In this document: positions 37,122 to 45,326 of the stretch, piece after piece
How positions within the stretch are numbered: position 1 is the stretch's first letter
How the letters are laid out: each line of letters starts with the position of its first letter
Origin: Fibrobacter sp.
GTDB lineage: Bacteria > Fibrobacterota > Fibrobacteria > Fibrobacterales > Fibrobacteraceae
NCBI GenBank assembly: GCA_024399065.1
Contig: JAKSIB010000017.1
Location: 464 to 64,463, forward strand
Length of the DNA: 64,000 nt
Direction of reading: 5' to 3'
The notes under the pieces: generated by a model
Told to the model about the DNA's origin: nothing
Database searches by the model: none
Seen by the model: only the letters and a program-made list of their open reading frames with translations
Translations under genes and position numbers: made by a program

Positions 37122-38660
37122 ATGAAAATTCAGATTTTAAAGCCCGTATTGGGTCTTTTTGTCGCCGTATTTGCGACTGTTGCGTTTGCCGCTTCTCCTG
37201 TCCTGGGACCGGAAAACGTCCGTAACCTACGCCTTCTTGAAACTTCCCCGATGCTTTTTGAAATGCATCGTGTTACGACGAATAATGGTCGCCAGTTCTT
37301 TGCTTACCCGCGTCGTGATACTACGTTCCGCAAGAATTTCCTCAAGTCTGAAAATAATGCCCTGCTTGGTTATGACAATGTCTATGGCGGCTATGTCAAC
37401 GGCCGTGTTGCAGACACCTTGACCAATGTGCCCAAGATTGCTCTCGCAGTTTCCCTTGTGGGCGGTATGGATTACCGTGGGGGAGAATCCTTGAAGGATA
37501 CTATTTGGCCCAGCATCGATGGCGGTATCTACATTCGTGGCTTTGCCGATTCTGTGGATTTCGTTTTGGATGCACGCATTTATAACGAAGGTCATTCCGC
37601 AAGCCATCCCAAGTCCTTTGATGGAGAATTTATTGAATTCCAGAAGGGCGAAAATAATTCCGGCGTGGAATACACAAGTTTTGCCCGTTATCGTACCCAC
37701 TTTGCCGTTAACTACAATTGGGCTCGACTGGACTTTGGCCGCGATGTCATGCACTGGGGTCCGGGTTACTACAACAACCTGACCTTGAACCAGTTCGCTC
37801 TCCCTTACAACATGCTGTCCCTGGATTTGACCTTTGGTCCGTTGCATGTGCTTTCCTTCTACGGGGATTTGCGCATCGATTCCAACAGCATGAGCATCAA
37901 GAACAAGGCTGACAGAAATCTCTTTGGTCACCGTTACGAATTGGCTGTGGGTGATGCAACTTTCGGCATTAGCGAGTTGCAGGTCCTGTATGATGAATTC
38001 AAGCCTTGGCTTTTTGTGCCCACGGCTCCGCTCTTTATGGAAAAGGGCAACTACAGCGAACGTACCAATAATGGATCCTTGTCCCTGGACTTCAACTATC
38101 GCTTGTTCCAGACGGTTCGTATCTACACGGAATTCCTGCTGGATGATATGGAAAGTCCGGTCAGCTTGATCAAGAACGATAACATCGAAGCCAAGTGGGC
38201 TTGGATGGCTGGCTTGCAGGCAGCCCATGATTTTGAAATCAAGGGACATCTGTTGGAAACCGGTACCATTGCGGAATACGCAAGAATCGAACCTTATGTG
38301 TATTCCCACTTCCATCCCAATACCGCCCAGCTGGCACATCTTGGCCGTCCCCTTGGAAATCAGAATGGCCCCAATAGCCAGACCATCGACTGGACTTTGT
38401 ATGCACGCTTGGATAAGCACATTTTTGCTGCAGTCCGTAACACTTGGCTGTGGAAGGGAGCAGATTATGGTAGCGCGGTCAACGATACCACACCTTCTTC
38501 CAACCATATGAACCTTCCCAAGGAATTTATCAAGGATGCCAAGATGCAGTATTCCTTGACGCCTTCTATCAGTTATGAAGGTCAGTATGTCAGCTATATG
38601 GGCGAGTTCACCTTCTTTGACGACAAGAAGGTTTATGTCCGTGCCGGATTTAAGTGGTAA
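37122..38660 (+). CDS. capsule assembly Wzi-like outer-membrane protein
   Basis: Signal peptide; GRD..HWGPG, GHRYE, SELQV.Y, DFNY, terminal GFKW. Confidence 0.6.
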   Translation: MKIQILKPVLGLFVAVFATVAFAASPVLGPENVRNLRLLETSPMLFEMHRVTTNNGRQFFAYPRRDTTFRKNFLKSENNALLGYDNVYGGYVNGRVADTLTNVPKIALAVSLVGGMDYRGGESLKDTIWPSIDGGIYIRGFADSVDFVLDARIYNEGHSASHPKSFDGEFIEFQKGENNSGVEYTSFARYRTHFAVNYNWARLDFGRDVMHWGPGYYNNLTLNQFALPYNMLSLDLTFGPLHVLSFYGDLRIDSNSMSIKNKADRNLFGHRYELAVGDATFGISELQVLYDEFKPWLFVPTAPLFMEKGNYSERTNNGSLSLDFNYRLFQTVRIYTEFLLDDMESPVSLIKNDNIEAKWAWMAGLQAAHDFEIKGHLLETGTIAEYARIEPYVYSHFHPNTAQLAHLGRPLGNQNGPNSQTIDWTLYARLDKHIFAAVRNTWLWKGADYGSAVNDTTPSSNHMNLPKEFIKDAKMQYSLTPSISYEGQYVSYMGEFTFFDDKKVYVRAGFKW

Positions 38661-38675
38661 CTAGGAAACCTTGTT

Positions 38676-38703
38676 CCTCGAACCTCAAACCTCGAACCTC
38701 GAG
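38676..38703 (+). repeat. 4 x CCTC(G/A)A(A/G) heptamers, intergenic
   Basis: CCTCGAA CCTCAAA CCTCGAA CCTCGAG immediately before the U32 gene start. Confidence 0.75.
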
Positions 38704-38710
38704 CCTAATT

Positions 38711-40024
38711 ATGTACAAACCTGAACTTCTCGCTCCCGCTGGTGATCTGACCCGAATGAAGTATGCCTTTGCATATGGCGCCGATGCCGTTTATGCAGGT
38801 CAGCCGGCTTTCTCACTCCGTGCCCGCGAAAACGGTTTCAAGAACTTGAATGACCTTGCCGAAGGCATTGCCTATGCCCACAAGTTGGGTAAAAAGTTCT
38901 ATCTCACCAGTAACGTGATTGCCCGTAATACCAAGGTTGAAGCTTTCCAGAAGGCTCTGCTTGAAGCAATCGACCTGGGTCCGGATGCGTTGATCGTTGC
39001 TGACGCCGGTGTTATCGGCTGGCTCCGTCAGGTGCGCCCCAACGTCGAAGTTCACGTTTCTGTACAAGCTAATACCACAAACTTTTTGACGGCAAAGTTC
39101 TGGCACGACCTGGGCTGCACCCGCGTTATCCTCAGCCGCGAACTGCGTCTGCCTGAAGTTCTTGAAATCAAGGAACGTAACCCGGGCCTGGAACTGGAAG
39201 TGTTTGTACATGGTGCAGTCTGCATGTCCATGTCTGGCCGCTGCATGCTTTCCAACTGGGTGACCCACCGCGATGCAAACCAGGGCGCCTGCGACAACTC
39301 CTGCCGTATGCCGTACCGCCTGTACGCCAACGAAGGACCTCAGGTGGAAGACTACAAGGAACACGAGGGTAACTTCACCTTGCAGCGTACCGACCGTCCG
39401 GAACTGGATCCCATCGCTCTTGACGAAGACACTTGGGGAACCTACTTCATGAGTAGCCGCGACCTCTGTGCCTTGGAAGTAATTCCGGAATTGCTGAAGG
39501 CGAAGTTGGAATCCTTCAAGATTGAAGGCCGCACCAAGTCCGTCTACTATCTGAGCCAGGTGGTCCACACTTACCGCATGGCTATTGACGCCTGCATGGC
39601 TCAGGCTGCCGCAGGTGAGGAAATGTCCATTCCCGAAGAAAGCCGCCGATCCCTTTCCTTCCTGGACGGTCGCGGATTTATGTCCGGCTTCATGAAGGGC
39701 CCGCTTCCGCAGAACTACGAATCTACCCACACCGCTGCCGAAGGCGGTTGCGTTGCAGCCCAGATTCTGGACTACGACGAAGCCTCCCATTCCTTCCGCG
39801 TGAACGTGAAAAATCCCTTCACCATGGACGATTCCCTGGAATTGATGCTTCCTGAAGGTATGACACCGTGTGACGTTGTATCGATGAATGATTTCCGCGG
39901 TAGTGCAGTGGATAGACTGAATCCGGGTACCGAAGGCCGTGTTTTCTTATCCAAAAATATTACAATAAACACACAAAGTGCTGAATTTGGCTTTTTTGTA
40001 AGGAAAAATGCCCAAAATCCGTAG
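38711..40024 (+). CDS. trhP: peptidase U32 family, tRNA 5-hydroxyuridine modification protein
   Basis: MYKPELLAPAG...AFAYGADAVYAGQP; C.SMSGRC..S...R..NQG.C..SCR Fe-S motif; FKIEGRTK. Confidence 0.8.
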   Translation: MYKPELLAPAGDLTRMKYAFAYGADAVYAGQPAFSLRARENGFKNLNDLAEGIAYAHKLGKKFYLTSNVIARNTKVEAFQKALLEAIDLGPDALIVADAGVIGWLRQVRPNVEVHVSVQANTTNFLTAKFWHDLGCTRVILSRELRLPEVLEIKERNPGLELEVFVHGAVCMSMSGRCMLSNWVTHRDANQGACDNSCRMPYRLYANEGPQVEDYKEHEGNFTLQRTDRPELDPIALDEDTWGTYFMSSRDLCALEVIPELLKAKLESFKIEGRTKSVYYLSQVVHTYRMAIDACMAQAAAGEEMSIPEESRRSLSFLDGRGFMSGFMKGPLPQNYESTHTAAEGGCVAAQILDYDEASHSFRVNVKNPFTMDDSLELMLPEGMTPCDVVSMNDFRGSAVDRLNPGTEGRVFLSKNITINTQSAEFGFFVRKNAQNP

Positions 40025-40044
40025 TTTTTACTTAATTTTGAACT

Positions 40045-40488
40045 ATGGCAGCCGACGAAGCTACAAAGAAACAGAGTGAGCTAGAGCTTTATCAGATTGA
40101 TGATGAAGCTATCATTCCGTTCTTCGAGAATCACCTCGAAGATTTGAGGAAGTTCATTCAGGATCGTACGCCCCAGAACCTTTCCTTGCTGGAGATTCTG
40201 AAGCAGTTCATCCGCACCTACAAGCTTCCGTTCAACATGCAGCGCTACATGGCGGTTCAGACCACTTATATCAAGCAGACTCTCCAGGAAAAGATGCAGG
40301 ACCGTCAGATGGCGGTGAGCCGCTGGATCCAGGAAAACGCTAGCCGTCATCGCAGCCGCATGATTCAGCTCCAGTGCCTTTACCTGGACCGCATCAAGGA
40401 ACGCCTCCTTCCCGAAATCGAGAAAATGCTGGACGAAAAACTTGAGCAAAAGCTGGGTGAACTCCAGGAAAAACAAACAAAGCTGTAA
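40045..40488 (+). CDS. hypothetical protein
   Basis: 147-aa helical ORF with host-like codon use. Confidence 0.75.
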   Translation: MAADEATKKQSELELYQIDDEAIIPFFENHLEDLRKFIQDRTPQNLSLLEILKQFIRTYKLPFNMQRYMAVQTTYIKQTLQEKMQDRQMAVSRWIQENASRHRSRMIQLQCLYLDRIKERLLPEIEKMLDEKLEQKLGELQEKQTKL

Positions 40489-40850
40489 CTAATTGATTTT
40501 CAACGACTTATATAAAAAAGTGCTTAAATTCGCCTAAAAAGGGCGATTTTTTTTGTTTATAAGATTTTCGCAAGTTTTGTGACGTCAAAAAAATTACCCA
40601 ATTTTTTGTCAACCCATGGTTCAAAATTTTTCCGTTGATAAGTTGTGGAATTCATAGGGATGCTTGTTTGGTTCTATCGTGATTAAACAAGTGAGTAACT
40701 GTATAGTTAGGGACACAAAATGGGAATAAAAAATATTTGCCGTTTTTGGCCCAAAATCCCCAATTAAAAAGTTTTTTCAAAAAAAGGAGCCTCTTTCGGG
40801 GGGCTTTACTTAACTTTTGCATTGTCTTTTTTCTCATTTCTACTATCTGG

Positions 40851-42329
40851 GTGTTCGTGTCGAATACGGTTTCTTTATTAGATGTAGTAACTTCACCGTG
40901 GGAGTCGGTGTTGTCACTCGTACGTGCCGAATGTAACGACTATTTTGGCCTTACCATTCTTGATGCGGTAGGGTTCGAAGGTTTTTGCGACGGCTACGCC
41001 TTGCTTACTGTTCCTGATGAATTGCGTCAGAACTGGGTAAATTCCCATTATGGCGCTATTTTGCGCAAGTCCTTTGCTTCTGTCTTTGGTTCTGAATTCA
41101 AGGATTACAAGATTCGCCAGACGGCGCAGTCTGAAATTCCTGAAATGAAGCTTTCTGCGCCTGTTGCCCCTGCGCTTCCGGCTGTTGCCCGCGTGAAGCC
41201 CAAGGCTAAGGTTGCTGCAAAGCCCAGGCTTAAGCTGTACGCCGGCTATACTTTTGAAAAGTTCATTGAGGGTGACTGTAATTCCACTGCCCTTAGAGCT
41301 TGCAAGTCCGTTGCCGAAAATCCTGGCGATCCTTCCTTGAATCCGCTGTTCGTGTACGGCAATTCCGGCTTGGGCAAGACTCATTTGCTGCAGGCTATTG
41401 CTGCCCGCATGCAGAAGAGCAAGCCCCAGACCAACGTGGTCTACTGCCACGCCTACGATTTCCTGCGTGACGCTACCGCCATGGCCAAGGCTCTCAAGTT
41501 CAAGACCGGTAATGTCCGTGAACTTGCCCAGGCTTTCCAGGACAAGTACGAGAACTGCGATATTCTTTTGCTGGACGATGTTCAGCTTATTGAACGCGGT
41601 ATTACTACCCAGGAACGTTTGGCCATCCTCATCCGTCATCTCCGTGATCACGGCAAGCAGGTGGTGATTTCCTGCGACCGTCATCCGTCCAAGTTTACCC
41701 GTGCTGTAGACGAAGCTGATTTCAAGTCCAAGGTGAGCGCAGGCGTTCCCTGCATTTCCTCCAAGTTGCTGGCTCCGCTGGATTCCTGCGTGGCTGTGGG
41801 TCTGGACGAACCGGATCTCAATACCAGAATGCGTTTGATTCAGCAGAAGTCCGAAAAGATTCCTTTCGTGGACCGTGACCGTGAAGAAATCTGCCGCTTC
41901 CTCTCCATTCCGCCCCGCCAGAACTTCCGTGTTCTGGAAGGCCTCCTGGTGACTCTCGGTGCAATGAACGATCTCTGCCAGCAGAATCTTGACTTGCAGA
42001 CTGTCAAGCGCCTGCTGAGTTCCAACGAATCTTCCAGCACTGGCGAAATTACTCCCAAGAGCATTTCCGAAGTGGTTGCAGCTGAATTCGGTGTAGACAT
42101 GGTTGTTCTCGCTAGCAAGCGTCAGGATGCCAAGGCTTCTCTGCCCCGCAAGGTTGCCATGTACCTCTGCCGCGAAATGACTACGGAATCTCTGCAGAAC
42201 GTTGGAGCAATGTTCAATCGCGATTACGCCACAGTTATCGCCGCCATTCAGTCCATCAAAAAGCAAATGGATAAAGACGAAAGCCTTATGCAAAAGGTTC
42301 AGGATATCCAGTATTTGCTGGAAGCCTAG
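40851..42329 (+). CDS. dnaA: chromosomal replication initiator DnaA (divergent); start codon uncertain
   Basis: YTFEKFIEG, NPLFVYGNSGLGKTHLL, LLLDDVQ, domain IV RKVAMYLCRE...RDYATV; GTG 40851 preferred over ORF-track start 40737. Confidence 0.85.
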   Translation: MFVSNTVSLLDVVTSPWESVLSLVRAECNDYFGLTILDAVGFEGFCDGYALLTVPDELRQNWVNSHYGAILRKSFASVFGSEFKDYKIRQTAQSEIPEMKLSAPVAPALPAVARVKPKAKVAAKPRLKLYAGYTFEKFIEGDCNSTALRACKSVAENPGDPSLNPLFVYGNSGLGKTHLLQAIAARMQKSKPQTNVVYCHAYDFLRDATAMAKALKFKTGNVRELAQAFQDKYENCDILLLDDVQLIERGITTQERLAILIRHLRDHGKQVVISCDRHPSKFTRAVDEADFKSKVSAGVPCISSKLLAPLDSCVAVGLDEPDLNTRMRLIQQKSEKIPFVDRDREEICRFLSIPPRQNFRVLEGLLVTLGAMNDLCQQNLDLQTVKRLLSSNESSSTGEITPKSISEVVAAEFGVDMVVLASKRQDAKASLPRKVAMYLCREMTTESLQNVGAMFNRDYATVIAAIQSIKKQMDKDESLMQKVQDIQYLLEA

Positions 42330-42331
42330 CA

Positions 42332-43213
42332 ATGCTTGCTTTGGTGACTGGAGGTGCCGGCGTCGTAGGGAAGGCGCTGTGTCGGGAGCTTTTGCAACGC
42401 GGTGTGTGTGTGCGCGTTCTTACGCTTCCGGGCGATACTCTGGTGAATGCTTTGCCGAAGGAAGTCCAGGTGTTCTATGGCGACGTTACAAAGCCTGAGA
42501 CACTGAAGGACGCCTTTGAAGGGGTAGACTTGGTCTACCATCTGGCTGCCATTCTTCTTTCTACCAAGAAAGGTTCTTTTGACAGAATCAATGCCGGCGG
42601 TACCCGTAATGTGGTTGATGCCGCCATCGCTGCAGGCGTAAAGCGCCTGCTTTATGTTTCCAGCATTTCCGTGACCTACCCGGTGCTTACGGAGTACGGC
42701 CAGAGTAAACTGAAGGGCGAATCCATCGTGAAGGAAGCGGGGGAGAAGCATGGCCTCCAGTGGACCATAGTTCGTCCCACCCTTGTGATTGGCGATGGCG
42801 GCGGCATCGAGTTCAAGATGTTCGCTAACTACGTCAAGCGTTTCCCGGTTTATTTCATGCCTGGTGGCGGAAAGAGCCTCAAGCGCCCCGTTCGCAGCGT
42901 GGATCTGGTGCAGGGAATTGCTGCAGCAGGCCTTTCCGAACATGCCGCGGGCAAGACCTACGCCTTGGCCGGATCACAATCTATGACCATGGCGGAAATG
43001 GCCAAGGCGGTCCTGCGCGAAAACAAGATGCACCACGTGATGGTTCCCGTACCCTGGTGGATTTCCCGCAAGCTTGCGGTTCTTAAAAGCTGGATCGGCG
43101 GTAGACCCGTAACAGCGGAACAGGCCCTGGCAGGCTTCCTTTACGACGCAAATCCGTCAATAGATGCAGCTTTCCGTGATTTAGGCTACCAACCAGGCGC
43201 TCCTTTGGAATAG
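42332..43213 (+). CDS. NAD-dependent epimerase/dehydratase (atypical SDR)
   Basis: LVTGGAGVVG, HLAA, N..GT.N, Y.QSK. Confidence 0.88.
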   Translation: MLALVTGGAGVVGKALCRELLQRGVCVRVLTLPGDTLVNALPKEVQVFYGDVTKPETLKDAFEGVDLVYHLAAILLSTKKGSFDRINAGGTRNVVDAAIAAGVKRLLYVSSISVTYPVLTEYGQSKLKGESIVKEAGEKHGLQWTIVRPTLVIGDGGGIEFKMFANYVKRFPVYFMPGGGKSLKRPVRSVDLVQGIAAAGLSEHAAGKTYALAGSQSMTMAEMAKAVLRENKMHHVMVPVPWWISRKLAVLKSWIGGRPVTAEQALAGFLYDANPSIDAAFRDLGYQPGAPLE

Positions 43214-43269
43214 CGCGGTTGCTTTATCTCAAAAAACTTGTATATTGAGGGTAAATAAAGAGGTGTTTT

Positions 43270-44565
43270 ATGAAGATTAGCTTTCATAATGCGTTTTATG
43301 GCGTAAGGTATATTGCTGCGGCAGCCATGGTTTCCTTGGCTCTTGCCGCTTGTGGTGACGACGGTCCTACAAAGAGCGAAAATATTGAACATGGCGATAA
43401 GGACGTTAGCTCTAGCAGTATTTCCAAGGATGACGGAAAGTCCTCTTCTTCCAAGAAGGGTTCCTCTTCCGACAGTAAGAATTCCTCTGATAGCAAGAAT
43501 TCATCCGACAGCAAGCCGTCCTCCTCTTCTTCTGTAAAGGGCGACCAGCCGGCCTCTTCCTCTTCTGAAAAGGTTGAAGTCCCCGAAGGCGCACGTGCTG
43601 CAACTTTGGAAGACCTTGAAAAGAACATGTCCCTTGGTGAAATGTTCGGAACCACGGTTTACATGGCTACCGGTACAAAGCAGGGTCTGTTCTCCCTTTG
43701 GATTCCCGATACCGCATGGATTGCCGTAGCTTCCGACTTTAGCGATGGCGTTCTGAACGTCAATAAGAACGTTGCCGCTTTCACTGGCGTTTCCGGCTCT
43801 ACCACAGCCGACTCCATGAAGGCCTTGCTTGATGATGGCCTCAAGATTAACTTTGTTGTTGATGACGATGTTGTGCAGTTCTCCATGGATGGTGGAAAGA
43901 CCTATAAGAACGTAGGCTCAGCAACGGTCAAGTTGAGCGATAAGAGACTGTCCAAGGGTGAAGACCTGAAGAACGTCAAGCTTTCTTGCAAGAATGGTGA
44001 CAAGACAGAAGAATATTCCTTCTATGAAGGCCGTTACCATGTTGAAGTCAAGTCCGGTGACAAGGTTGAATCTTGGTCCGCAGGTTATTACGATATTCAG
44101 CGTAGCCATTTGATGATGCTCCCGAAGTTCTTCGATGGCCAGGTGAATTCCATGACGACCTTCTGGGTTGAGCCGGAAACCTACAATCTCAGCTTCTACA
44201 ACACAAAGCTTGATTGCGATAAGTCTGCTCTCGAATACACTGCCGTTACCGCCAAGGATTTGGTCAACGAATGGGAAGCAACCGAAGGCGACTATGAATG
44301 GACCTTCGAATTGAAGTCCAGCAAGGAATTCGACATGTCTGCTGTCAAGGGCGGTTCTTTGGTACAGTCCAAGAGAGGCTTGTGGGATGTCTATGGTGAC
44401 ATGCTGTTCCTCCATGCCACTGCTTGCCGTGACACCAAGACTTGCACCCAGGTGGTCAAGGGTTACGTTGGTGAATTGGATCCCAAGGTTGGCTTTGAAA
44501 TTGACCATAACGACAAGGCTGAACCTCTGATGCCTACTGTCTGGACTCTTCCGCAGTACGAATAA
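43270..44565 (+). CDS. hypothetical lipoprotein with Ser-rich linker
   Basis: Lipobox LAAC, SSSS/KNSSDS linker. Confidence 0.8.
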   Translation: MKISFHNAFYGVRYIAAAAMVSLALAACGDDGPTKSENIEHGDKDVSSSSISKDDGKSSSSKKGSSSDSKNSSDSKNSSDSKPSSSSSVKGDQPASSSSEKVEVPEGARAATLEDLEKNMSLGEMFGTTVYMATGTKQGLFSLWIPDTAWIAVASDFSDGVLNVNKNVAAFTGVSGSTTADSMKALLDDGLKINFVVDDDVVQFSMDGGKTYKNVGSATVKLSDKRLSKGEDLKNVKLSCKNGDKTEEYSFYEGRYHVEVKSGDKVESWSAGYYDIQRSHLMMLPKFFDGQVNSMTTFWVEPETYNLSFYNTKLDCDKSALEYTAVTAKDLVNEWEATEGDYEWTFELKSSKEFDMSAVKGGSLVQSKRGLWDVYGDMLFLHATACRDTKTCTQVVKGYVGELDPKVGFEIDHNDKAEPLMPTVWTLPQYE

Positions 44566-44583
44566 GATCGGATAATGTTTTGT

Positions 44584-44615
44584 AAAAAAAGCCTCGGTGA
44601 AAACCGAGGTTTTTT
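44584..44615. terminator. bidirectional terminator
   Basis: A7-GCCTCGG-TGAAAA-CCGAGGT-T5. Confidence 0.8.
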
Positions 44616-44678
44616 GTTTGCATAAAAAAAACGCCGGCATTTCGCCGACGTTCTTAAATAGCCTTGGGCTTTAAAGGA

Positions 44679-45260
44679 TTACTTATCCTTGCACTTGCAT
44701 TCACCTTCGCCACCGCACTTGCAGTCGCCTTCGCCGCCGCATTCGCATTCGCCGTCCTTGCCGCCGCAGCATTCGCCTTCGCCCTTGCCGCACTTGCACT
44801 GATGCTGCTGGAACGGAGCCAGGTCTTCTGCGGTTGCTTCGCGAACTTCAACAACTTCAATGGCGAAGTTGAGGTTCTTGCCTGCCAATTCGTGGTTAGC
44901 GTCGATCACAGCCTTGTCGCCGGAAACGGACTTGATGCGGATGGGCATGGGGCCTGCCGGAGTCTGTGCGTAGAACTGCATGCCTGCTTCAACCTTGTCC
45001 ACACCCTGGAAAACAGTGAGGGGAACTTCCTGAGTCATGCGTTCGTCGTATTCGCCGTAGCCTTCGGACGGAATAACCTTCACGTCAAACTTGTCGCCCA
45101 CTTCGTGGTCGACCATTGCCTTTTCGAGGCCCGGGACGATCATGTGCATGCCCTGGATGTACTGGAGGGGGTCGCGGCCTGCAGAAGAGTCGATGACCTG
45201 GCCTTCGTCGGAGGTGAGGGTGTAGTGCATGAGGACTACGGTCTTGTCTGCAATCTTCAT
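44679..45260 (-). CDS. slyD: FKBP-type peptidyl-prolyl isomerase with Cys-rich tail
   Basis: VLMHYTL, G...IVPGLE, P.EGYG, DANHELAGKNLNF. Confidence 0.92.
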   Translation of the reverse strand: MKIADKTVVLMHYTLTSDEGQVIDSSAGRDPLQYIQGMHMIVPGLEKAMVDHEVGDKFDVKVIPSEGYGEYDERMTQEVPLTVFQGVDKVEAGMQFYAQTPAGPMPIRIKSVSGDKAVIDANHELAGKNLNFAIEVVEVREATAEDLAPFQQHQCKCGKGEGECCGGKDGECECGGEGDCKCGGEGECKCKDK

Positions 45261-45326
45261 AAAAAATCCTTTTAGTTTGTGCGAACTGTATTGTTCAACT
45301 TTAGGTTGTGCAATTTAGAAAAAACT

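Noticed and set aside
40737-40850. Hydrophobic N-terminal segment of DnaA
   Set aside because: Probably an artefact of choosing an upstream start in T-rich promoter DNA rather than a real membrane anchor.
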